From positions 4,726,335-4,790,334 of the forward strand of contig OZ240092.1 in assembly GCA_965197285.1 (NCBI GenBank): 64,000 nucleotides of DNA, in the 5' to 3' direction. The first letter of the stretch is position 1. Every line of letters starts with the position of its first letter. The notes beneath the pieces are model-generated. The model did not search any database. It saw only the letters and a list, made by a program, of their open reading frames with translations, and had not been told where the DNA came from. The translations under genes were made by a program, and so were the position numbers. Shown in pieces: positions 25,785 through 33,993 of this stretch. Origin of the DNA: Acidobacteriota bacterium. Its GTDB lineage: Bacteria > Acidobacteriota > UBA6911 > RPQK01 > CBDAPI01.

Positions 25785-28472
25785 ATGAGGGTCAGCACCG
25801 CTGCCAGGACACTGGTTGTGTGGCTTGCGTGCTCTTTAGTTGCGGCTCACGAGCCGCGCTTTGATCAAGGTGCAGCCGGCCTGGCGCTGGCGCTGCGACG
25901 ACTTCCGGTCACCGGTTCGCTACTGCAGGTCACGGCCCATCCCGATGATGAGGACAATGCCCTTCTGGTGTTGACGCGACGGGGACGCGGCTTCCGGACC
26001 GGGCTGCTCACTCTGACCCGGGGAGACGGAGGCCAAAATGAGATTGGGGCGGAGCTGTTCCAGGCCCTGGGCATCATCCGCACCGAGGAACTCATGTCGA
26101 CGCATCGATACGACGACGCCCGGCAGTTCTTCACCCGGGCCTACGAATTCGGCTATTCCTTCAGTGTTGAAGAGACGCTTGAGCGCTGGGGAGAAGAAGC
26201 CATTCTGGAGGACATGGTGCGGGTGATCCGGAGCTTCCGACCCGGAGTGATCCTGGCACTCCCCAGGGGCGGTGAAGGCGGGGGGCAGCATCATCAGGCC
26301 TCGGCGCTGCTGGCCGAAAAGGCGTTCCACGCGGCCGCCGATCGAGCCCGCTTTCCGGATCAGATACGGGAAGGACTGCGCCCCTGGAAGGCGGCGAAGC
26401 TGTACGAACAGTACCGATGGCACGGCGGCGGGCCCGGCCGCGAATCGGCTCAGCGGTCGCCGCGGGTCGTCGAAGTGTCCGCCGGCGCCCACGATCCCAT
26501 TCTGGGCCGGACCTATGCTCAGGTAGGGACCGAGGCGCGTGCCATGCACAAATGCCAGGGAATGGCACAGCTGCAGGCCGCTCCGGGCGAGCGCTCATCG
26601 GCGTGGAACCCGGTTGCCTTTCGGGACATCGAAATGACCGGGGGCGAAGCCGATCTGTTCGATGGAATCGACACGAGTCTGATGTCACTCACGCACTTTG
26701 CCGTGACAGATCTTGCCGATCTACCCTTTCTGGTTCCTTCAATACGTCAGATTCAACTGGCCATCCGCCGGGCCGGGGAAGCATTCGACCCTCGCGACCC
26801 GGGGTTGACGACGCCCTTCGTGGCCGAAGGCCTGCGGCGGCTGCGCATGCTGCGACAGGATTTCCACGTTGCCGGGCTTGCCCAGGAGGACGAGTACGAG
26901 GTTTTCTTTCTCCTGGAAAGGAAAGAAGAGGATTTTGTCCACGCTCTCAACCTGGCCAATCAGCTGGTCCTGGAGGCAACGGTGGATGACGGTCGAGTGA
27001 CGCCGGGGCAGGGCCTGAAGCTGACCCTGGTGCTCTTCAACGGCGGCTCTCATCCGGTCACAGTCGAGTCCTGGGAGGCGACAACCAGCAAGGCCTGGAA
27101 AATCGAGTATCCGGGCAGCGACTTCTCCAATTTCGTACTGGGCCCGGGCGAGGCCCGCGGCTTCGTGGTCGGCGTGCGGGTCAGTTCCGATGCCCCCGTT
27201 ACCGAGCCCTACTGGAGCGGTCCCATGGAAGACGCGGATCGATTTCGGATCCAGGGAAAAGACGCCTCCCGTCCCTGGGGTCGCCCTGAGCTGCAGGTAC
27301 GGGTCGGGTACAGAAGCTTTGGAGTGGAGGGGACTCTGGGCACTTCTGCCGAGTACCGGTATGCCGGTCCCTGGGTGGGAGGGGAGCAGCGCCACGATCT
27401 GATGGTCGTCCCGCGGATTTCTCTCGCCGTGAGGCCCCAGGTTGCCGTGCTTCCTCTCTCGGCGGCTCGAAAGGGGCGGAAGCTGCGCGTTCAAGTCACC
27501 CACAACGGGAGACAGGCAGTTGAGGGTGAAGTTGCCCTGGAGGTGCCGCGAGACTGGACAGTCGTCCCACCGTTGCGCCCTTTGAAATTTGAGCGGGAGG
27601 AAGAATCGATCGCGACAACCTTTACCGTCTACCCACCGGAGAATCTCAGGGAGGGCACCTTCGGGATCCAGGCGATGGCGAAATTCGGGGGACAGAGCTT
27701 TCATAGAGGATTCCAGGTCATCGATTACGATCACATTCAGCGGAGACACCTGTACCGGTCCGCTCAGGTTTGTCTCCAGGTCCTGGATGTTGAGATCGAT
27801 CCCACGGTCAAGGTCGGCTACATCGTGGGCGTGGGGGACTATGTTCCGGAGGCTCTGGCCCAGCTGGGGGTAGACGTCGAGTTGCTGGGACCCGACGAGC
27901 TGGCTTCTTCCGATCTGGATCGATTCGATACCATCGTTACCGGAGTTCGTGCCTATCTCAACCGGGAGGATCTGAAGGCCTACAACAATCGCCTGCTCGA
28001 GTGGGTGGAACGAGGCGGAACCCTGATCGTCCAGTACAACAAATTCGAGTTCAACGGCCCGCGAGCGGGGCGCGCCGCAGGCGGGCCGTCCCCCAGTCCC
28101 TTTGCTCCCTTTCCGGTTGTGGTTGGCCGCGGTCGCGTCACGGACGAGCGCGCGCCGATTCGAGTGCTGACCCCGGATCATTCACTTTTTCTGACCCCCA
28201 ATCAGATCGGTGAGGAAGACTGGCAGGGATGGGTGCAGGAGCGGGGACTCTATTTTCTGGGCCGGAAGGATGCGCGCTACCGCGATCTGGTCGCCACTGA
28301 GGATCCGTTTCCCTTCAACGCCGGTGAAAAGCTGGGCTCCCTAGTCGAAGCCCGTCACGGAAAAGGTCGCTGGATCTACGTCGGCCTGGGCCTGTGGCGC
28401 CAGCTACCGGCCGGCGTCCCCGGAAGCTACCGCCTGCTCGCAAACCTGGTCGCTTTGGGCCGACGCCCCTGA
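25785..28472 (+). CDS. Large PIG-L/LmbE-family N-acetylglucosaminyl deacetylase-domain protein with a long C-terminal extension. The C-terminus is class-I glutamine-amidotransferase/ThuA-like
   Basis: The start is assigned at Met26 of the listed ORF (MRVSTAARTLVVWLACSLVAAHEP signal-like, preceded by GGAG). The LmbE signature LLQVTAHPDDEDNALL is present. A C-terminal block ...VGYIVGVGDYVPEALAQLGVDVELLGP... resembles ThuA/DJ-1-like folds. Confidence 0.6.
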   Translation: MRVSTAARTLVVWLACSLVAAHEPRFDQGAAGLALALRRLPVTGSLLQVTAHPDDEDNALLVLTRRGRGFRTGLLTLTRGDGGQNEIGAELFQALGIIRTEELMSTHRYDDARQFFTRAYEFGYSFSVEETLERWGEEAILEDMVRVIRSFRPGVILALPRGGEGGGQHHQASALLAEKAFHAAADRARFPDQIREGLRPWKAAKLYEQYRWHGGGPGRESAQRSPRVVEVSAGAHDPILGRTYAQVGTEARAMHKCQGMAQLQAAPGERSSAWNPVAFRDIEMTGGEADLFDGIDTSLMSLTHFAVTDLADLPFLVPSIRQIQLAIRRAGEAFDPRDPGLTTPFVAEGLRRLRMLRQDFHVAGLAQEDEYEVFFLLERKEEDFVHALNLANQLVLEATVDDGRVTPGQGLKLTLVLFNGGSHPVTVESWEATTSKAWKIEYPGSDFSNFVLGPGEARGFVVGVRVSSDAPVTEPYWSGPMEDADRFRIQGKDASRPWGRPELQVRVGYRSFGVEGTLGTSAEYRYAGPWVGGEQRHDLMVVPRISLAVRPQVAVLPLSAARKGRKLRVQVTHNGRQAVEGEVALEVPRDWTVVPPLRPLKFEREEESIATTFTVYPPENLREGTFGIQAMAKFGGQSFHRGFQVIDYDHIQRRHLYRSAQVCLQVLDVEIDPTVKVGYIVGVGDYVPEALAQLGVDVELLGPDELASSDLDRFDTIVTGVRAYLNREDLKAYNNRLLEWVERGGTLIVQYNKFEFNGPRAGRAAGGPSPSPFAPFPVVVGRGRVTDERAPIRVLTPDHSLFLTPNQIGEEDWQGWVQERGLYFLGRKDARYRDLVATEDPFPFNAGEKLGSLVEARHGKGRWIYVGLGLWRQLPAGVPGSYRLLANLVALGRRP

Positions 28473-28512
28473 AGCGTTCCACAATATACCAACCAAGGAA
28501 CCGTCAGAGGCA

Positions 28513-28554
28513 GGAACGACAGTGACTGCGCCGCGGCTCGAAAGCCGCCGAGAA
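28513..28554. repeat. 42-bp dispersed repeat, copy A (CCAAGGAACCGTCAGAGGCAGGAACGACAGTGACTGCGCCGC), followed by a small hairpin. It lies 16 bp upstream of the IS1380 copy-2 insertion site
   Basis: About 40 of 42 positions are identical to 57108-57149 (CCAAGGAAACCGCAGAGGCAGGAACGACAGTGACTGCGCCGC). Confidence 0.6.
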
Positions 28555-28573
28555 AACCTCTCAACCGGCTTAG

Positions 28574-30228
28574 CCCGGATTATGCAAGAGATCTAAATTC
28601 AAGTGAGATTTGGGCCCAGAAAAAAGGCCGTAGCTCTCTGATATAAAAGGGTTTAGAGAAACAAAGACCCTAAACAGGAGCTACGGCAATGTCAAAAACA
28701 GTCTGCCAGAATACCCTGCCATTTCATAGCCACAGAAACATCACGGCTCGTTTTGATGGGGGGAGCCTCACTTCCGACGCAGGATGGTTGTTGTTTGGAT
28801 CCCTGGATCGTCAACATCGATTGTGCGAGGGCTTCAGTTCGTGTATTGCGGAAAGTCGAGACCGACGCTATCACGTTCGTCATGACCTGTTGAAGTTGAT
28901 CCGACAACGAGTCTTGCAGATCGTGGCCGGCTACGAAGACTGTAACGACGCCGATACGCTGCGCTCGGATCCGATGCTCAAGACAGTCTGTGATCAGTTG
29001 CCAGAGAGCGATCCCGATTTGGCCACCCAGCCGACTTTCTCCCGCCTGGAGAACTCCGTCACCAAGAAGGATCTGATGCGTCTGAGCCGGTGGCTGCCAG
29101 GCCGTTATGTGCGCTCCCTGAAGAAGAGACGTCCCAGCAAGATCATCCTGGATCTGGACAGTACCGACGACCACACTCACGGCCAACAGGAGTTCTCCTT
29201 CTACCACGGGTATTACCGAAACCACATTCTGCATCCTTTGCTGATCTTCGATGCCGACACGGGAGACCTGGTCTGTGCCGTGTTGAGACCTGGCAACAAG
29301 GGGGCTGCCTCTCACATCGTGCCCATTCTGAAGCGAGTCGTGGAGGCCATCCGACAAGCAGTGGGGACGGATGTCGAGATTGAGATTCGGGCCGACAGCG
29401 GCTTTGCCACGCCTCGGCTCTACGAGTTCTGTGAATGTGAAGAGAATAAACTCCAGTATGTCATTGGGTTAAGTCGAAACCCTCGCCTGCAGCGAGTGGT
29501 CGAGCCCCTGCTGGATTCGACTCGGCTGAGGTTCGTTGAGCTGGAGGAAAAACAGCGTCAGTTTGACGAGTTTCTTTATCGAGCCCACAGCTGGGATCGA
29601 TCCCGTCGCGTCATTGTCAAAGTGGAGGTCGATCAGCGTGGCATCAATCGTCGCTTTGTAGTTACCAACCGGGACGATCTCTGCTCCCAATCACTTTATG
29701 ACCACTACACAAACCGAGGGCAGACCGAGAACTTCATCAAGGCCTTCAAGAATCATCTGAGCATGGACCGACTCAGCTGTCATCGATTCCTGGCCAATCA
29801 GTTTCGACTCCTCCTGCATGCACTGGCTTACCAGATGTTCGTGCGCCTGCGCGACTATCTTCACGGAACCCCCTGGCACAAGCTCGAAATCGAAACCTTA
29901 CGTCGTCGGGTCCTCAAGATTGGGGCCCGGATCCGACAAACCACTCGACGCATCTGGGTCCATCTTTCCTCAGCCTTCCCCGAACAACCCCTCTTCCACC
30001 TCGTCTTGAGTCGCCTGAACTCCAGTTAGCTTTTCCCAGCTCCCCCGAAAAACCGCTTCCGACACTCATCCAGGCCCAGATCTGTCTGAAATTCACTCCC
30101 CAAACCACTCAAACGCCTCGCCAACCCATATTCTTCGCAAATCCGCCTGTCACACCTGCCCGCTTCCGAGTTGGGCCACTTCTCGAGTCGTTTTTCAACA
30201 CCGAACTACGGTTCTTGCATAATCCGGG
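28574..30228 (+). mobile_element. IS1380-family insertion sequence, copy 2 (1655 bp), flanked by a 4-bp direct repeat TTAG at 28570-28573 and 30229-30232. It is inverted relative to copy 1
   Basis: The ends are CCCGGATTATGCAAGAG (28574-28590) and the reverse complement of CCCGGATTATGCAAGAA (30212-30228). Perfect TTAG duplications lie on both sides. It sits between convergent genes (PIG-L and bshC). Confidence 0.85.
28689..30029 (+). CDS. IS1380 family DDE transposase
   Basis: 446 aa. It differs from the copy-1 transposase by a 1-codon indel (RRYHVRHD versus RRYVRHD) and a few substitutions (L/V, A/T, N-terminus MSKTVCQ versus MLKAVCQ). Confidence 0.85.
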   Translation: MSKTVCQNTLPFHSHRNITARFDGGSLTSDAGWLLFGSLDRQHRLCEGFSSCIAESRDRRYHVRHDLLKLIRQRVLQIVAGYEDCNDADTLRSDPMLKTVCDQLPESDPDLATQPTFSRLENSVTKKDLMRLSRWLPGRYVRSLKKRRPSKIILDLDSTDDHTHGQQEFSFYHGYYRNHILHPLLIFDADTGDLVCAVLRPGNKGAASHIVPILKRVVEAIRQAVGTDVEIEIRADSGFATPRLYEFCECEENKLQYVIGLSRNPRLQRVVEPLLDSTRLRFVELEEKQRQFDEFLYRAHSWDRSRRVIVKVEVDQRGINRRFVVTNRDDLCSQSLYDHYTNRGQTENFIKAFKNHLSMDRLSCHRFLANQFRLLLHALAYQMFVRLRDYLHGTPWHKLEIETLRRRVLKIGARIRQTTRRIWVHLSSAFPEQPLFHLVLSRLNSS

Positions 30229-30262
30229 TTAGCGTCAAACCTCAACGTGGAACGTGGAATTC

Positions 30263-31894
30263 CTAGAGCCGTAGCAGCCGATGGGAGAAGCAGTAGGGAT
30301 CGGTCAGCTCGGTAACCTCATTCAGGAAACCCGGCCCCCGATCCATCAGGAAGTGGTTGAAGTTGATGACCCGCTCCTGCAGTTTGTTCAGGGGTCTGAG
30401 ATGGTTCAGAAGTTGATCGAGGTGCTGCTTCAGCGAGGGGGCGACACGGCGGTGATTCGCAACGAAACGGGACTTCACTTTGTCGAGCTGGTAGAGCATC
30501 TTTTGGCGCGTTTTCTCGAGCATCGCCGCCACCGTCGGATCGGAGGCGTGGATCAACTGCTGAAGCTCCTCAAGGCTCTGCCTCAACTCGGCCGACACCG
30601 AATCCATCTGCTGGAGGGCCTCACCCTGGTGACTTTCCCTGAGAATCGTCTCGGTGAGATCGTCTGTTGATCTCTGCAGCACATCCAGGGCAGTGATGTG
30701 GTGGCGTTTCAAATGCCGCTGGTCGAGGTGATCCACGATGGTGAAACCGGCCCTGGGCAGAATCACCGGCTCCAGGCCCCAGCGGTCGGCAACGGCGTTC
30801 AACTGCGCGAAATAGGCTACCTCGGAAGGGCCGCCCACGTAAAAAGCTGTGGGGAAGAGGTAGTCTTGAAGGATAGGGCGGAGCAGTACATTGACACCCA
30901 GTCGCCCCGGGTCGTCCAGGGCCATCTGCAGCAGCTCCCCGCTCGAAAAAGAAAGCTCTCTCCGTTCCTTGGCTCGGTACCTGCCCTTGTCCCAGAGCAG
31001 TTTGTAGCGGCGTGACCCGTCTACCAGAAAAAGGAGGCTTTCCTGCTCGTCTACCCAGACCTGCGGGTGATAGCCCGCCTCGACAATCTCCTGATTGCGC
31101 TCCACCAGAGCATCGATGATCGACTGCTGCCCGGTCACGGCGATCTCGAAAAAGCGTGAAAGTGAGTCCTGGTAGCCTTCCATGAGGGGATCGAAGACAA
31201 TCAGGCCATAGTCGCTGAAGAGGCGGCTGATCCAGCAGGCGAATGCGTCTCGAAAGCTGCGGTCCTTCCGGTAATCCCTCTCCAGGCCGTCCAGAACCAC
31301 ATCGGAAAAGGGGTGGAACTGGGTGCTCGAGCGCAATTGTTCGAGGCAGGTGCCGACTGAGGACAGGGGCACGGTTCCCGCCATTCGACACGAGTCGTCG
31401 GGATCTTCCGGGAACGCGACCGGGACGAGGCTTGCATCCGAACCCACAAAATGGGTGCAGCGGATTTCCTCGAAATCCGAGTCGTTGGAGGCCAGCCAGA
31501 ACACGGGCACCGCGTTGACCCCTTGCTGCCGCAGGCTCTGGGCCAGCTGGATGGCCGTCGCTGCCTTGAAAACCGTGTAGGAGGGCCCGCCGAACAGGGT
31601 GACCTGCTGTCCGGTCACCACAGCCACACAGTCTTCGGACTCAAAGGCCTCGAGATTTCGAGCCAGAGGGGTGCCCCCGTGAAGAGTACTGTTATATCTG
31701 GTCAGCGCGGCTGCAAAAGGCTTTCTGGGGACTCCGCTGGAGCGGCGGGCCCGCTCCAGGCGTTGACCAAGCTCCGGCTCTGTCAGAGGGGGCGGATTAT
31801 AAAAATCCCGCACTCTTTCGAACTGATGAGCGAAATCGACAAACAGGGGATTCTGTCCCGGAAGGCTTCCGAACGGCAGGCACTCACTATCCAT
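30263..31894 (-). CDS. bshC: Bacillithiol biosynthesis cysteine-adding enzyme BshC-like
   Basis: 543 aa. The BshC hallmark VVTGQQVTLFGGPSYTVFKAATAIQLAQ (G-Q-Q motif) is present in a protein of BshC length. Confidence 0.6.
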   Translation of the reverse strand: MDSECLPFGSLPGQNPLFVDFAHQFERVRDFYNPPPLTEPELGQRLERARRSSGVPRKPFAAALTRYNSTLHGGTPLARNLEAFESEDCVAVVTGQQVTLFGGPSYTVFKAATAIQLAQSLRQQGVNAVPVFWLASNDSDFEEIRCTHFVGSDASLVPVAFPEDPDDSCRMAGTVPLSSVGTCLEQLRSSTQFHPFSDVVLDGLERDYRKDRSFRDAFACWISRLFSDYGLIVFDPLMEGYQDSLSRFFEIAVTGQQSIIDALVERNQEIVEAGYHPQVWVDEQESLLFLVDGSRRYKLLWDKGRYRAKERRELSFSSGELLQMALDDPGRLGVNVLLRPILQDYLFPTAFYVGGPSEVAYFAQLNAVADRWGLEPVILPRAGFTIVDHLDQRHLKRHHITALDVLQRSTDDLTETILRESHQGEALQQMDSVSAELRQSLEELQQLIHASDPTVAAMLEKTRQKMLYQLDKVKSRFVANHRRVAPSLKQHLDQLLNHLRPLNKLQERVINFNHFLMDRGPGFLNEVTELTDPYCFSHRLLRL

Positions 31895-32187
31895 TACGAC
31901 AGAAACTCATTTGAAGGTCTCGGCATTGCCTTGATGGTGTGTCAGTCGTGCATAAAGGGACGCCCCAATCCCCTTTTTTGTTTCAATTTTGTCGTGGGTC
32001 ATCCCCGATCTTGCGCCCGGGACGATCCAGGCCCTCTCCACGAACGAGTCCAGAACCCGGACCAGTTATGAGATCGACTGCCCGTCATGTCAATGGCATC
32101 TTCCTGCTGTTGCGAACGACGCTGGCAGACTGATATCATCCCATTCCGCCGGTGGCGAGGGAATCTCGGCCCGATGGAGCCTGCGAG

Positions 32188-32553
32188 ATGAAGATCGAAT
32201 TGAGGCGAAACCAGGACGTCGTAATTGTCGATGTCGATGGCCGTCTGGTGGCGGGAGTCGGTGCCGAGCAGCTTCGCGATTCCATCGACCAGCTGATCGG
32301 GAAAAGGGAGGGCAAGATTCTGCTGAATCTCGAAAAGGTCTCTCGCATTGACAGCACCGGCGTCGGCGAACTGGTGGCTTCCATCAAGCGGGCAGAAAGG
32401 GCCGGCTGCCAGGTCAAACTCCTCAGCATCGCCCCTCAGGTCCGGCATATTCTGGATCTCGGGCGAATTCTTCCGCTGCTCGATTTTGCGGAAGACGAAG
32501 AAGAGGCCCTGGAAGACTTCCACGGGGGCCCTTACGTGAGTCATTCCGACTAG
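32188..32553 (+). CDS. STAS-domain anti-sigma-factor antagonist (SpoIIAA-like)
   Basis: MKIELRRNQDVVIVDVDGRLVAGVGAEQLRDSI...SRIDSTGVGELVA... is the typical STAS fold. The listed ORF start at 32152 adds 12 residues. Confidence 0.6.
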   Translation: MKIELRRNQDVVIVDVDGRLVAGVGAEQLRDSIDQLIGKREGKILLNLEKVSRIDSTGVGELVASIKRAERAGCQVKLLSIAPQVRHILDLGRILPLLDFAEDEEEALEDFHGGPYVSHSD

Positions 32554-32587
32554 GAATGTGGGAGGCCCCTCCCTACTCTACGTGGAA

Positions 32588-33091
32588 TCAGGAAAACCGC
32601 TGGGCGTGCCAGGAATCCCGGAAAGGCTTTTCCAGGCCACCCTCCCGGAGCTCGCCCACGGTCGTGATAGCGGTGTCGAAGACGGGCGTGTCCGCAAGGA
32701 TGCCGCCTGAGCCTACCCGCTTCTGAAAGTCGAAGAAATGATCGGCCTGGATGCGACCGTCCGGGTCCCGAAAGAACACCAGCGATCGGTCCAGCCCGTC
32801 CAGCCCGTGCCGATCGCGAAGCAGCTTGAAATTCTCGACGCTACTGTCTATAGAACAGCCGGAGATGCCCGCCGGCGAGTGCCCGGCCAGCAGGCAGAAG
32901 CGGTCTAGGTAAATCAGGTAGCGACCTTCGACCCTTGCTCCATGGGAAGCCCAGGTGGGTAGAAATCCGCTCAAAGTCTGCTCGACCAGCAGGCTGGCCG
33001 GTGGGGCCAATGGCTCCCGAAACGGATACACCCAGAGCCGTGCGTCGTTGGCGAAGACTGAAAACTCCTGAAAATCCATGACGCCGGCCAT
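32588..33091 (-). CDS. Hypothetical protein (167 aa); last gene of the STK-TPR minus-strand cluster
   Basis: An ORF with coding-like composition and no domain I can name with confidence. Confidence 0.3.
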   Translation of the reverse strand: MAGVMDFQEFSVFANDARLWVYPFREPLAPPASLLVEQTLSGFLPTWASHGARVEGRYLIYLDRFCLLAGHSPAGISGCSIDSSVENFKLLRDRHGLDGLDRSLVFFRDPDGRIQADHFFDFQKRVGSGGILADTPVFDTAITTVGELREGGLEKPFRDSWHAQRFS

Positions 33092-33178
33092 CTTAGCATT
33101 TTTTGGGGCTCCCGGCTCCCATTCCCCAAGCCGCGAGCCCGCAGCGCCTCCAGATCAGACCGGCTGGAATCCAACCGG

Positions 33179-33976
33179 TCAGTAGAGCCGGGATAGTAGT
33201 GCCCGGCACTGTCTCAGGACGTCGTCGTCGTCCTCGAATCTGGCCTCCAGGATCAGGGCCTGGCGAAGTTGCTCGGCGGCTTCGCTTTTCCTTCCGGAGC
33301 GACTGAGAGCCCGCGCCAATTCATACCGATAGAGTATGAAATGAGGCCGGATCTCGACTGTTTTTCGATAGGCTTCGAGTGCCTTCTCGAGGGATAGCTC
33401 CTTCGGAACTCCTCCGAACAAGACCCGGGCCAGGCTCTTCTGGAGAAAGCCGGCCGTCCCAACCTGGTAGTTGAGATTGGCGAGTATGTGCCACGCTCTG
33501 TGGTCGTCGGGCCTGCTCTCGGGAGTCCGGTCAATGTGCTCCTTGACCTTCCAGCCGGCGGCAACCTTCTCCCGGAAACCTGAAATGAGGGCAATTCCTC
33601 CGTACGCCCAGGCCATTACCAGATTGGCTTCCGGATCGTCAGGCCTGGCTGCGAAAGCCTGTGCGGCCAGAGTACGGGCCTTGTGGTAGTACTCTTGCTG
33701 CTTCTTCTTGTCGGGAAGGCGCTTTCCCACCTGACCGTACAGATAGCTGGCTCCACAGATCGCGTCGAAGTCAGCTGGATCGGCTTCAAGGGCTTCCAGG
33801 TAAAGATCCAGGGCCTCACGCTCCCGGAACTGTTCCTGGAGCGCCTGGGCGCGATCCACCAACTGGGAAGCCGATGACCGGCCGGAAGGCTCGGCCGGCG
33901 ATCCGAAAGTCCTCAGCAGTATCAACGCTGCTGCAACCGGCAAGCGCAGCCATCGGGATCGTATCGGGATTAGCAC
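33179..33976 (-). CDS. Secreted TPR-like repeat protein
   Basis: 265 aa. A signal-like N-terminus followed by TPR-like helical repeats. It starts 17 nt after the STK stop. Confidence 0.45.
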   Translation of the reverse strand: MLIPIRSRWLRLPVAAALILLRTFGSPAEPSGRSSASQLVDRAQALQEQFREREALDLYLEALEADPADFDAICGASYLYGQVGKRLPDKKKQQEYYHKARTLAAQAFAARPDDPEANLVMAWAYGGIALISGFREKVAAGWKVKEHIDRTPESRPDDHRAWHILANLNYQVGTAGFLQKSLARVLFGGVPKELSLEKALEAYRKTVEIRPHFILYRYELARALSRSGRKSEAAEQLRQALILEARFEDDDDVLRQCRALLSRLY

Positions 33977-33993
33977 GAGTACTAGCGACGTCC

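Noticed and set aside
26739-28181. 480-aa minus-strand ORF
   Set aside because: Wholly contained antisense within the PIG-L deacetylase gene. Long antisense ORFs are expected in GC-rich DNA, and it has no domain resemblance. The same reasoning rejects 33661..35526 (antisense to the STK), 21233..22507 (antisense to the ACAD), 49341..51308 (antisense to the large secreted protein), 59174..60178 (antisense to the hybrid kinase), 2663..3490 (antisense to dprA), 5353..5994 and 6130..6822 (antisense to topA), 41838..43140 (antisense to hppA), and 7477..8061 and 9481..10849 (antisense to the giant protein and EcsC).
17000-30228. Composite transposon made of the two IS1380 copies
   Set aside because: Each copy has its own matched 4-bp TSD (CTAG/CTAG and TTAG/TTAG), and the outer flanks differ. 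That indicates independent insertions, not mobilisation of the intervening 9.9 kb as a unit.
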